Shown here in pieces: positions 38,346-48,800 of a stretch of DNA of 64,000 bases (position 1 is its first letter; each line of letters starts with the position of its first letter). A model generated the notes under the pieces. That model made no database searches. It worked only from the letters and a program-made list of their open reading frames with translations, and was not told the DNA's origin. Source of the stretch: Styela clava (taxonomy: Eukaryota); NCBI RefSeq assembly GCF_964204865.1, contig NC_135250.1:27218001-27282000 (forward strand), written 5' to 3'. The position numbers were made by a program, and so were the translations under genes.

Positions 38346-39254
38346 TCACTTTTTGTCACAGTATAAAAGTGAAAGCCAATGTTTATTTTGACTGCCAGAG
38401 AATCTCCCTAATTTGCTCAAGCGCACTCTATCAGCACTGCCATCTTTGTTTCTGATGAATTAATCAGGCAAAGAAAGTCTATATGTCATTCATGGCCTAT
38501 GAAAACAATATTTGACATTGATGACATAGCCTATAATGTTGACTTGCACAAATTACACCGTTCTAAAACATTTTTGTTCGGAATATTAAATATTTTGGCA
38601 TCTGCCATCCCTGGTTTGTAGTAGATTTAATCATAACAGATATTTGCAATCAATGTACAATGCGGTGGTACAAGCATGACTTGTTTGAAGCTTTGTTATG
38701 AGTAAAGGTACAATTGGACATTTCAAAAATATAAACTTTGTTTTTTAAAATAACCAATATCAGCTTTAACTGTATTAATAAAGGGTGAAACTTGAAAAAG
38801 CTGCATTACGCAAATGAGTCTAAATATATTTTTGATAAACATCTAACTTTTTTTTGAAATATTGCTTCTATCTAAGATTAGATAGATACTGGGTAAAACA
38901 CCAACTCCGCCATAATGTTTCCAATTTCTTTTTTTTTTTGAATTTCAGCATTCTTTTTTCTTGAAACCCTGTTATAGCATTGGCTCACTTGTTACTAATA
39001 AGGACTTTTCGTTTCACAATAAAACCTCATTCTAATGAAAGAGTACCTGACCTCTTTAGTGTTCCCAAACTTTATATTTTATTTTACCAATTTCGTTTGC
39101 ACTGTATTAATTGTAACTAAAATCAGTGTTTTACTGCTTCAATAAACAATCATGTCAAAATTTTTTATCGTTTGATCAGTAAACAAATTGAAGACCATGA
39201 TTGAAGATATGTAAAATCAGTAAAAGAATTGCATTTTATTCCACATGAATATGA

Positions 39255-39425
39255 GTTTAAAAATTGAAGAATAATTTAAAATGGAGAATTCAGGCATTTG
39301 AGGTACAGATTTTTGATTTTACATTTTATAAAATCAGATATACGAATTAGATTTCATTCAGCACCATTATGAGATTAAAAATTGAAGAATAGTTTAATCG
39401 TAGAATTAAGGCATTTGAGGTAAAT
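39255..39425. repeat. Local tandem duplication (~118-bp period) in the GALK1 3' UTR
   Basis: 'ttaaaaattgaagaata.tttaa...agaatt.aggcatttgaggta' occurs twice. Confidence 0.7.
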
Positions 39426-39430
39426 GTACT

Positions 39431-40621
39431 TCAGATTTTGATTTCATGAGCTCCACTGGATGCTGTCGCAATGTAGAATGTCGCATTACCACTATACTTA
39501 TTTGTTATGTAGTTCACTACATCTTGTACATATTTTGCATAAAGGAGAGTGACTGTGCATCCTCCAAAACCACCACCAGTCATTCTGCTTCCAAGGACCC
39601 CTTCACATTCTAATGCAGCTGCTACTAGTTCGTCAAGTTCTGCACAGCTTACTTCATAATCATTCTGTAAAGAGTTATGACTTTGCACCATTAGTTTGCC
39701 AAACTCAACATAGTTTGATTGTTGAAGGGCTTTCGCTGCTTGTTGCGTTCTTTCTATTTCACCAATAACATGTCTAGCCCGCTTAAAAACAACATCAGAC
39801 ATTGCGTCTTTATTTGTATTTAAGTCTTCCATAGAAGCAGATCTCAAACTTTTCTTTTTCATTATTGCAGCAGCCTCCATGCATTGTCTCTTTCGTGTTG
39901 GGTACTCGCTTCCAGTCAGTTCATGACGTATGTTAGAATTGGTGATTAGAACCACAACATTGGGGTCTGACAGGGGAACGTAGATGCCCTGCATAGATTC
40001 ACAATCTATCAATAATGCTTTCCCTTGTTCAGCCATTGTGGATATAAATTGGTCCATGATACCACATGGCATTCCAGCGTAATCATGCTCAGCTTTCTGG
40101 CATGCAAGAGCTTTCTGCTTGAGATCCGTAGCCCTTACACATGTCAAGCTTTCAAGAAATGTATACATGGCAACTTCAAGTGAAGCTGAGCTTGACAAAC
40201 CCCCTCCTAATGGGACAGAGCTTATGATGACAGCATTAAATGCAGGGAGTGGTTTAAAAGGAAAATTTGCCACGACGCCTTTTACGTAGTTACCCCATTT
40301 CGGTTCTCCTGGTTTGAGTTCACTTTCTATTGAAGGAGTGGTAAAAATTATTTGGCGATTACTCCCAACTGCATCTGACAGGGTGTAAACTGTGCATTTG
40401 TCGGTGACTGCAGCCTTATTGCCAATGACGACGGTCGTCATGGGCAACGCCATAGGCAAAACAAAGCCATCATTATAATCAGTGTGTTCCCCGATCAAGT
40501 TTACTCGACCTGGTGCGCTGGCTATAATTGACGGATTTTCCCCTGGAAATAATTCTTGAAATCCTGATTTTGCTTTTGAAATCAGCTCATTTTCTGTCGG
40601 GCAATCCGCAATGGCGTTCAT
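39431..40621 (-). CDS. GALK1: Galactokinase (intronless CDS, 396 aa from ATG 40621; in-frame upstream ATG at 40789)
   Basis: GHMP kinase motifs APGRVNLIGEHTDYNDGFVLPMA, PLGGGLSSSAS, CGIMDQ, GSRMTGGGFGGC in one uninterrupted ORF. Confidence 0.97.
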   Translation of the reverse strand: MNAIADCPTENELISKAKSGFQELFPGENPSIIASAPGRVNLIGEHTDYNDGFVLPMALPMTTVVIGNKAAVTDKCTVYTLSDAVGSNRQIIFTTPSIESELKPGEPKWGNYVKGVVANFPFKPLPAFNAVIISSVPLGGGLSSSASLEVAMYTFLESLTCVRATDLKQKALACQKAEHDYAGMPCGIMDQFISTMAEQGKALLIDCESMQGIYVPLSDPNVVVLITNSNIRHELTGSEYPTRKRQCMEAAAIMKKKSLRSASMEDLNTNKDAMSDVVFKRARHVIGEIERTQQAAKALQQSNYVEFGKLMVQSHNSLQNDYEVSCAELDELVAAALECEGVLGSRMTGGGFGGCTVTLLYAKYVQDVVNYITNKYSGNATFYIATASSGAHEIKI

Positions 40622-40789
40622 CTTGGGTACTCGAAATTTCTGTTTTGTAAGATTTCCCACTAGAGTTGATAACAGCTGACGGACTTTGCAAAATCCGGAT
40701 GCGACAAACTCGTAAACAGCTGCAACAAGGCTAAAATCGTTGATGCGAAACTTGTAGGCACGAAACGTAAAAACGGACCCCGCTGTCAT

Positions 40790-41056
40790 TTTAAGATTCA
40801 GTTAAAATGTGTGATGTCTTATATAGTTTAGGTTTTAGACTGTTGATTAATTTTGACAAGTTCAGTCAGACAATTAATAAGTCAGCATGAAACGGCGAGA
40901 TCAATACAGGCGATATAATTTTCGGAAAGAACGTGTTGCTTTGTTGGTGGTTGATGAGACTGCGTTTTATCCGCACGGCGTTTTTTCGAAGAAGTGTGCG
41001 CCGTGGGATGTCGCATGGTCACTTCTAGAATCTTATTTCTGTACGGGTATGCTATT
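40790..41056. promoter_or_regulatory. Putative bidirectional promoter region for GALK1 and CHORDC1
   Basis: Head-to-head gene orientation; locally CpG-rich compared with the flanking gene bodies. No TSS is visible from sequence alone. Confidence 0.4.
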
Positions 41057-41403
41057 TAGGATAGGATAGGATTTACATATTTATCCCGGGGGAGAGGAAA
41101 GCCGATAAGACGGCTTATCCATATGGCGAACCACGGCCTCTCGTCCGGTTACCATTCCAAGTCGGGTATGGGATTAGTTTTTACTGTATTGTTTGTTTTC
41201 GGAAGCATGGACTTGGTGGTGGAGGAAGCCGTAACCGACCAGCGGTTACGTGAACCACCCAACGACGGCGAGGAGTCCAGCAATCCTCTCGCACATAACC
41301 ATCCCTGCATGGGATTCGAACCTGCGAACCCATGCAGAGTGACTAGAGGTGCGGTGGCGAGCGTATTCCTAACGCTTAGCCCGTTGAGCCACACCGCCGC
41401 GCC
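41057..41403 (-). mobile_element. Full-length tRNA-derived SINE
   Basis: Minus strand: GGCGCGGCGGTGTGGCTCAACGG (A box)...GGTTCGAATCC (B box), unique body, (ATCCT)n tail. Several other copies in the window. Confidence 0.88.
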
Positions 41404-42113
41404 AATTTGGTTGCGGACTGCGTTTGGAATTTTTCGGTTAGATACTGTCCCTTATTTATTATCTCATTTATTATTTAATTATTGAAAATTACACTTTGTT
41501 GGAACCATAAAAAAAAAAAAAGATTATTAACTGAGCGGATATGGACATGCGTTTGTTAATATATTATTATAGGCATATGACAGTATGATTAATACCAAAC
41601 GTATGTATACTTTCATACTTATACAAATGTCTATAAGGTAAGGTACCGTACCATATAGATGCGGTATGTAATTATTAGATGATAATTATTGGAAAAACTT
41701 GTTTTTACGTTTTTTATCTTAAAAATAAAAATATTACCGGTATTATGATGATGATGATTCTGAAAATTATGAAAAATGGATGATGACAAATTCTACCTTT
41801 GATGAACGGTATCTGGGTAGCTTATACGGTATTAATAATGCATGTAATGTCTGAACTCTGAATGTACTGTCTGACTGTTAAGTAATTCTTTTTAATAATA
41901 CTTTATTTACTTTATTTATGTTTATTGGAAAGTAAAAATATAATAAAACAAAACGCTGAAACGACGCATGACAAAACAGAATAAATATGGTACCAGATCT
42001 AATTCAGATCTGCAAATACTGAAATACATTATTTTTATTAATGTAGTCTATTATTTTGTTATTGGATAGGATTTAAATATTCATCACAGAGTCTGGGAGT
42101 GAAAAAAGCCGAC

Positions 42114-42640
42114 AAGTATAAGTATAAGTATAAGTTTATTTCGACTCCATAATCAGCAAAACAATAAAATGAATGCTAAAAATAAATAAATAAAAACTGA
42201 TTATGAAATCAGGAGAGCGAACAAAACCTTAGATAAGGTTTAAAACGTACAGAATGTATATAAGATGGAAGGTTTTGCCAAGAAGATGTGGTACGTGTTC
42301 ACTCACCTAAAATAATTGAAATATTTCACACACGCTCACACGCACCCACACACACAACCATATAGAAGTTATTAAGTAAAGGGAACATGAAAAATTACAT
42401 ACTGGTAGTTAATAAAAAATAAATAAATAAAAATTACTTGCCACACCATATTAATAAATTTATCATGATTGCCACTGCCAAATTGATCAATTTTATAAAT
42501 GGGAGTGAACAGTAAAGATAAACTTTTATAAAAAAATATATTGTCAAGCTGATTATAGATGGAGTCAAATGCCAAAAGACCGATGTCGAACCACGACTGG
42601 TCACCAGTCCATACAGGGATGGAATTAGATTATTTATAGT
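42114..42640 (-). mobile_element. Probable LINE 3' UTR remnant
   Basis: Minus strand ends AATAAA-(CTTATA)3; T-rich body typical of CR1/L2-group 3' UTRs; no ORF remains. Confidence 0.45.
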
Positions 42641-42973
42641 AACCACTTATCAGGCATTGTCAGACACAGACAGACTGTCTGACTGTGGGAGGAGCCCAGA
42701 AAACTTTGTGCATATTTTGAAATACCGGTGATTATCCCCATGATGATGGGGTTATAGGTGCAAGGGCATGCATATTCATAATGCTTAATGAATAACGAAG
42801 TCTGGGATTACTGAGTCAGGTGTTTTTGAATATTTGAAACATTTTAAACAGTCGTGATCCTGCTACTGGTTCAGTAGTTATTTTCAAAGGATTCAAATAT
42901 GAAGAGCTGAATTATTTTTAATCTATTTTCAGATTCAACTAATACTGAAATATTGTATTACTGTGATAACAAC

Positions 42974-44059
42974 ATGTCATCAGAAGTACTTTGTTACAAT
43001 AAAGGATGTGGAAATAAATTTAACCCAAGTGCTAATGAGGATGAAAATGCTTGTGTCCACCACCCTGGCGTTCCTGTTTTTCACGATGCTTTAAAAGGTT
43101 GGAGCTGTTGTAAACGTAGAACAACAGATTTTTCTGATTTTTTGAACATTCCTGGTTGTTCTAAAGGTCGCCATAGCAGCGTAAAACCAGCAGAACCTGT
43201 TGCTCCTAAAGTGACATCATCAAAAAATAAAGTGGATGATAAAATTATGCCTGAGCCAGCGAGTGTTACCCCAAAACTTTTACAAACTGAGCCAATTCCA
43301 AGACCAAGGGTCTCTGAACCCATGATACCTTTGCCAATTAAAACTACATCGTCGCTACAAAAGGCTTTACAAAAATTATCATTGGAAGCAAAAAATGAAG
43401 ACCCTTCTAAGCAAATTAAAATATGCAAGTTTCTTTCTTGCAGAACTACTTACTCTCCTGGAGTAAGTGAAACATGTATTCATCATCCCGGTGCTCCAGT
43501 TTTCCACGAAGGAATGAAATATTGGTCATGTTGTCAGAGAAAAACTAGTGACTTTACTGCGTTTTTAGCGCAAGTAGGGTGTGTCACTGGTACACATGAA
43601 TGGAAAGTGAAATCATTAGCAGAAGCAGCGCCATGTCGGTACGATTGGCATCAAACTGGATCCATTGTAGTCATTTCTATTTTTGCGAAAATGACTGTGG
43701 AAGAAAACTCGTCCGTCAAAGTTAATCAGATCGCAACAGAAATTGATCTAGAATTCGAAGGTGGGAAAGGGAATTTCAAACTTGATCTTGAATTTGATGG
43801 AGTTATTGATCCTGCTCAAAGTTTCGTTACGCTATTCGGTACCAAAGTTGAAATATCGCTCAAAAAAGGTGATGCTAGTCACTGGAAAAAGTTGAATATG
43901 CCAGAAACTATACAAGAGCCGGAAAAAGATGAAATTGGGCAACCAACGGAAGAAAAGATTAAAGTTAAAGTTGAAGATAAGCAAGCAAATGGTGATAAGA
44001 TAGAACAGGATGAGGATGATAGTGATTTATCTGGAATTGATGATGTTGAATTTGATTGA
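42974..44059 (+). CDS. CHORDC1: CHORD domain-containing protein (CHORDC1/Morgana/melusin family; intronless CDS)
   Basis: Two CHORD domains (CYNKGCG...HHPGVPVFHDALKGWSCC; HHPGAPVFHEGMKYWSCC), a CS domain (CRYDWHQT...) and an acidic tail. First ATG at 42974; the ORF-track start at 42953 is TTG. Confidence 0.95.
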   Translation: MSSEVLCYNKGCGNKFNPSANEDENACVHHPGVPVFHDALKGWSCCKRRTTDFSDFLNIPGCSKGRHSSVKPAEPVAPKVTSSKNKVDDKIMPEPASVTPKLLQTEPIPRPRVSEPMIPLPIKTTSSLQKALQKLSLEAKNEDPSKQIKICKFLSCRTTYSPGVSETCIHHPGAPVFHEGMKYWSCCQRKTSDFTAFLAQVGCVTGTHEWKVKSLAEAAPCRYDWHQTGSIVVISIFAKMTVEENSSVKVNQIATEIDLEFEGGKGNFKLDLEFDGVIDPAQSFVTLFGTKVEISLKKGDASHWKKLNMPETIQEPEKDEIGQPTEEKIKVKVEDKQANGDKIEQDEDDSDLSGIDDVEFD

Positions 44060-44877
44060 TTATTGATAAAATATTTTTATATCTTTATACAAACTGTTTA
44101 GGAAATTTTTGTATATTTGTGAATAATAATTGACGATCTGATGGTGCTTAATTGATTCTGTATTTCAATAGCCTATGGAATTCTCTGTCAATGAAAAAAT
44201 TTGTCGAATATTTTGGTTCTGACAAAAATTTGGAAATTGTGTATATCTATCTTTTTAAAATTATGTGACAATGCAGTGCAAACAAAGAATTCAAATTGTC
44301 ACAAATTGTAGTTGGAAAATTTCACCTAGCTATCAGAAAATTTTTTTTTTTTTTCATGTTTGACTCATGAATTTATGCTCGAGCTTTGAAAGTATTGGCA
44401 AAGTGAAGCTGATTTGAAAGTCTGTAATGTAAACCATATACATTGTATCAAATCAAAGTTGATCCACAGCCGAATCTAAATGGCCCAAAATATTTATTGA
44501 CTTTTTTAATTAATTTATTCTTACCATACAAAGTAATCAATTCTTCTTGAATTCTTTCACCCATGTGTGTTGCGTATCGAGAGAATTATCAGAAATGATA
44601 TTATATGTTATTGATAGTACAATACAACTTAATAATTTGTCCAAAAATGGTTGCTCATTATTCATTGTTGCTCATAATATATAGGCTATATGGGATTTCA
44701 AAACTATATTGGGTTTCATAGTCCTTGATAATGTTTTTTCTTACGAAGACGTCATAATTAAATGGTATTTCGGAGTACATTTTTCCGCTCAGCATTGACT
44801 CATTTTAATCATAATTCTGCACTTTTTTAAGCATTTTGAATATAATCTGTTTAATGACCTGTTTCAGTCTGTTCATT

Positions 44878-45079
44878 CGGGGTGCCCCAAAAACAGAACC
44901 CAGATTCATTTGGAAATTATTATAAAGAGAACACAACTTTTTTACGATGTGTCCTAGATTCCTAAAAACTTTTGGGTACAATCACACACAAACAGAAGTT
45001 CAAGCGTTAAATGAATATTATTCATTTTTGTAGAGGTGATTGAGAATGTTATGGGTTCTTTTTCATGTGGCTCACCCTA
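44878..45079. mobile_element. Degraded Tc1/mariner-type MITE
   Basis: GGGGTGCCCCAAAAACAGAACCC...GGGTTCTTTTTCATGTGGCTCACCCTATA. Confidence 0.5.
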
Positions 45080-45834
45080 TACATATGCTTGAAATAATAA
45101 TTTTTTCATGTCTAAGTAATTAACCACTTTGCAGTAATCTTGTTAAAAACACTACCTAGTTAATAATTTTTCGTTCCAAGCTATGAGAAATATATTACAA
45201 TTTGGCTCATTCTCTTCATGAAACCACGACACTCCAAAATTCCTCATAAAAATCTCCCCTAAATGAATTTATATCTTCACTAAAAGCAAATTCCAATATT
45301 TTATCAAAATATGTAAGCTACTGAAGTTGTCCGAGATGTCTATCAAGTTTATGCATCTGAAATGAAAAACTGGTCAATTATTCAAAAACACTCAACATGG
45401 ACTGGTAACCAGATGAGAGGCTGTTGTTCACAATATGATTTAACTGATCTTGATCGCCTTCCTTCTCACCTAGAATAAATATGAAATTCCTATCTTTTAG
45501 TATCATTATTTTTTTTTAAATCATAATCATCATTGGGTCCTCCATAACAAATAGTTTGGTATTTCAACTAAAATTCTGCTCTTCTATTAACTTGAATTGT
45601 TCGAAGTTTGCAGCTAAATCGTGAATTTTAAAATATCGCAAAAATTAATTGCTGAAAAATATTTGTAAATATGAAAAATTCATAAAATACATTTTTGAAT
45701 TGCATTAATTTGTATTTCATTTGAACTAGAGTCCAGGTCATCACCAGTTCACATTTATTATATTCCATCCATTTTTTGCATGCAATTATAAATATCAAAT
45801 TGTGCTTCTCTGACAGTTAATAATACATGAAATC

Positions 45835-48800
45835 ATGCTAAAGACACAGAATCTAATTGGGCTTACTATACGGATATACACTCGAACTATTGCTTCCAAC
45901 TGTCGTCTGGGAAATATTGCACCAAAAAGGAAAGACATTGAAAATGAACCAGAAATGATTGAAATTAGGACAAATTCAGAAAATGTTGACAAACATGAAT
46001 TTCAAAATGATTTAAAAAATGAAAAAGATTTGGACTCAAATTTAGCGATTTCAAAAATGCATGAAAATGTAATTTCAAAGCACTCAGACTTGCCTGTTGA
46101 GGCTCCAAAAAGTGCTGTTGGGTTCTGGAACAGTGAACGAGGTCTTGCTATCAAAGAATCTGCATTGATTGGAGTGGGAAGAGTTTTACGAATGTATTTC
46201 AATAAAGAGCGATATGATAATCTATATGAAGCAGCTCTCGGTGTAGAAAAGAATCTGTGAGTGGTTTGTGATTTATTATCTGTGACATTAGGGACATGAA
46301 ACCAGGAGTTTTACATAAATAATTTTTGAATTCTATGGGGTAGGAGTTGGGCTTTTCGACTTATTGGGGATAATGAAACTTAAAAGTGTTAGGTTAACAA
46401 AGTAGTCTCAACAGACAATTAAGTAAGACCCACATACCAAGTTTTTATCAAAATTTTATTTCATCTGAGCTGAAGCCTGAGTCAATAATTCCCTTCAATC
46501 GGAAGTCGGAATTAAAAGTCTGGGGTAAATTTATCCTCACTTTATAGCCCTGTCTGAAATAATAAAAAAAAATGGTTGAATCGTTTTTGGAGGTTTTATT
46601 ATAATTTTGCTTAATACAAGACTGCACCTATATTGGTCCAATTCTTTATAATAGATTGACTTGGTCGTGGACATTTCCCTAATAAATATCTGTATTGAAT
46701 CATGGCCAATGTGGATTATCTCTATGTATACAGAAAGAATTTATAAATGAGTTTTGAGATTTTGAAAATCTGACCATATAATATTTCTGATTTAAAGGAA
46801 AATTAACTTGCATTTTATTTTTCCAAAAAATTTCACAGTCTAATAGTCAAAGAAGAATTACTGGAATCGTTTTGACTTGTTCTTTCTGTATTTTCTGCAA
46901 AATTTTCGGTGCTCCAGAAGTATGCACACCAAGATGTCACACAACCTGAATTCTAACCAGTACACACATACCGTACTATGTTCAGGTTGTGGGACATCTT
47001 GGTGAGCATACTTCTTGAGGTCCAAATTTTCATTATTTTATATTCATATAATTTGACATAAGATTTTTTGTCCTAGCTTATTCAAACTAAATGAAGGAGA
47101 TGAGGATATACTGCTCAAGCATGGGCCGGAGTGGGCTCTTGGTGACATAGTCTTCAGTCTTGGTGGAGCAGTGAAACTAAGATATGATGATAGATGGGTC
47201 GATGATCCTAGATGTCTGAGGTAACTATTTTGGGTGATAGCATAACTAATTTTTTTCGCCTACGTTACATCAAGTTGTGTAAAGAGATTGAAACCTATGG
47301 GCAGGGGGTATTCACTTGGCTAACATACCTCTTAATAGAACTGAAAAAAGAAAAATCAGAAAAATATTATGCCCTAACCCTAACCTTGTTCACACACTAC
47401 GATAGCACTGGTATCATTTTATATTGTAAGATATGTCTCAATCTAATACTAAACTAAAGCGCGAGGTCTACCTGCATTTCAGCCCCTGATACTTATCATC
47501 AATTTTTATGTACTGTATTTTATTTAGTAGTAAACGCTTAGTTTGTACATATCCAAGGACTGACTTAAATAGATAAATGAACATTTTATGGTATACAACA
47601 GACTGCATTTATTTAGGAATGGACAACCTTGATTAAGTTGAAAGCAGTGATGACAAAATTGAATAATCTATTATTCTGAATAAATATGTTCTAAAATATT
47701 TTTTTCAAATATATATTATATTTCTGTCATCTCGTGTATCGAGTTTATTTTGTATTTAGTTTTTGTATTCATCTATAAATGTTTTTGTCAACAGGACACC
47801 AAAGAGAAAAGACTTCCGACTGGAAGGAATCGATCTAAGAAAATCAGCCATAACGTGGAGAGGATTGAGGTTTTTGGAAAAGTCACAATTTGTAAGGTGA
47901 GCTACCAATCTTCAGTCGACTTGTTTCTCATGTAAAGGGTGATTGGGCTGCTATGTGCTGCACCATATTATGCCTGGGGTGTCATTCACCTGCAGCCCTG
48001 GGACAATGCTCTATAACTTTGCACATTCATCATTGGTTCCACACACTTCACCAGATAGCGTAAATAAAGTATATTACGCTGAACCAACTCAAAGTTGGTG
48101 TCGGAAGTTATTAGAAATGATAGTTATCATGTGAAATTTATTTGAGTGATTGCTCGGCATGTACCGGTAATTATCGCAATCGAATAACACTTGTTGCAGA
48201 AATAAGATGTGTTATTACTGCCTAGCAAAATTCATGGTTAAACCCTGGTTTGATTTTCAATGTAATATTGGTTCAATGCAAAATGGAGATTTTAATTCTC
48301 AATGTCAATTTGACTCATATTTATTAGTTTCACCGTTGTTTATGAAATCCACTATGACTTGAATTGTGGGTCAATATGGCACTTGATCATCTAGACTCGA
48401 CACTCTGATAAGCCATAACTCAGAATGGCTCATTTGCACTTTCAATACTCAAGTAACCTTTGAGATTGTGGGTTCGATATGTCCTGTGGTCTGAGGCAGT
48501 GGTTCGAAATCTTTTTTTTTCTTTTGCCTACTTTGGATCTCTTTCACTGTGCATGGAAACTATGTTTGCATTATTTGTTCCTAAAAGGAATCATTAGCTA
48601 GTTTTAAGCTCATCTCGCCAATGTATAAATAACTACGTATTTACAATAATATTAATAGAACTGCATTGAATCCGAATTAATAGGCGCTCCAGAAGTGTGT
48701 GTACCAATATGAAGGTAACTAATTTTGTTCGCCTGCTTCAAATCAAGCTGTGTGAAGGGACGGAAACCTGTGGGCAGGGGTTTATTTACCTGGCTAACAC

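Noticed and set aside
41123-41485. 120-aa ORF, and the SINE head as a tRNA gene
   Set aside because: Lies within a multi-copy SINE with a body and tail; not a gene.
43081-43428. Antisense ORFs within CHORDC1 (likewise 11061-11486, 46002-46202, 53766-53957)
   Set aside because: Shadow or alternative frames of real coding exons.
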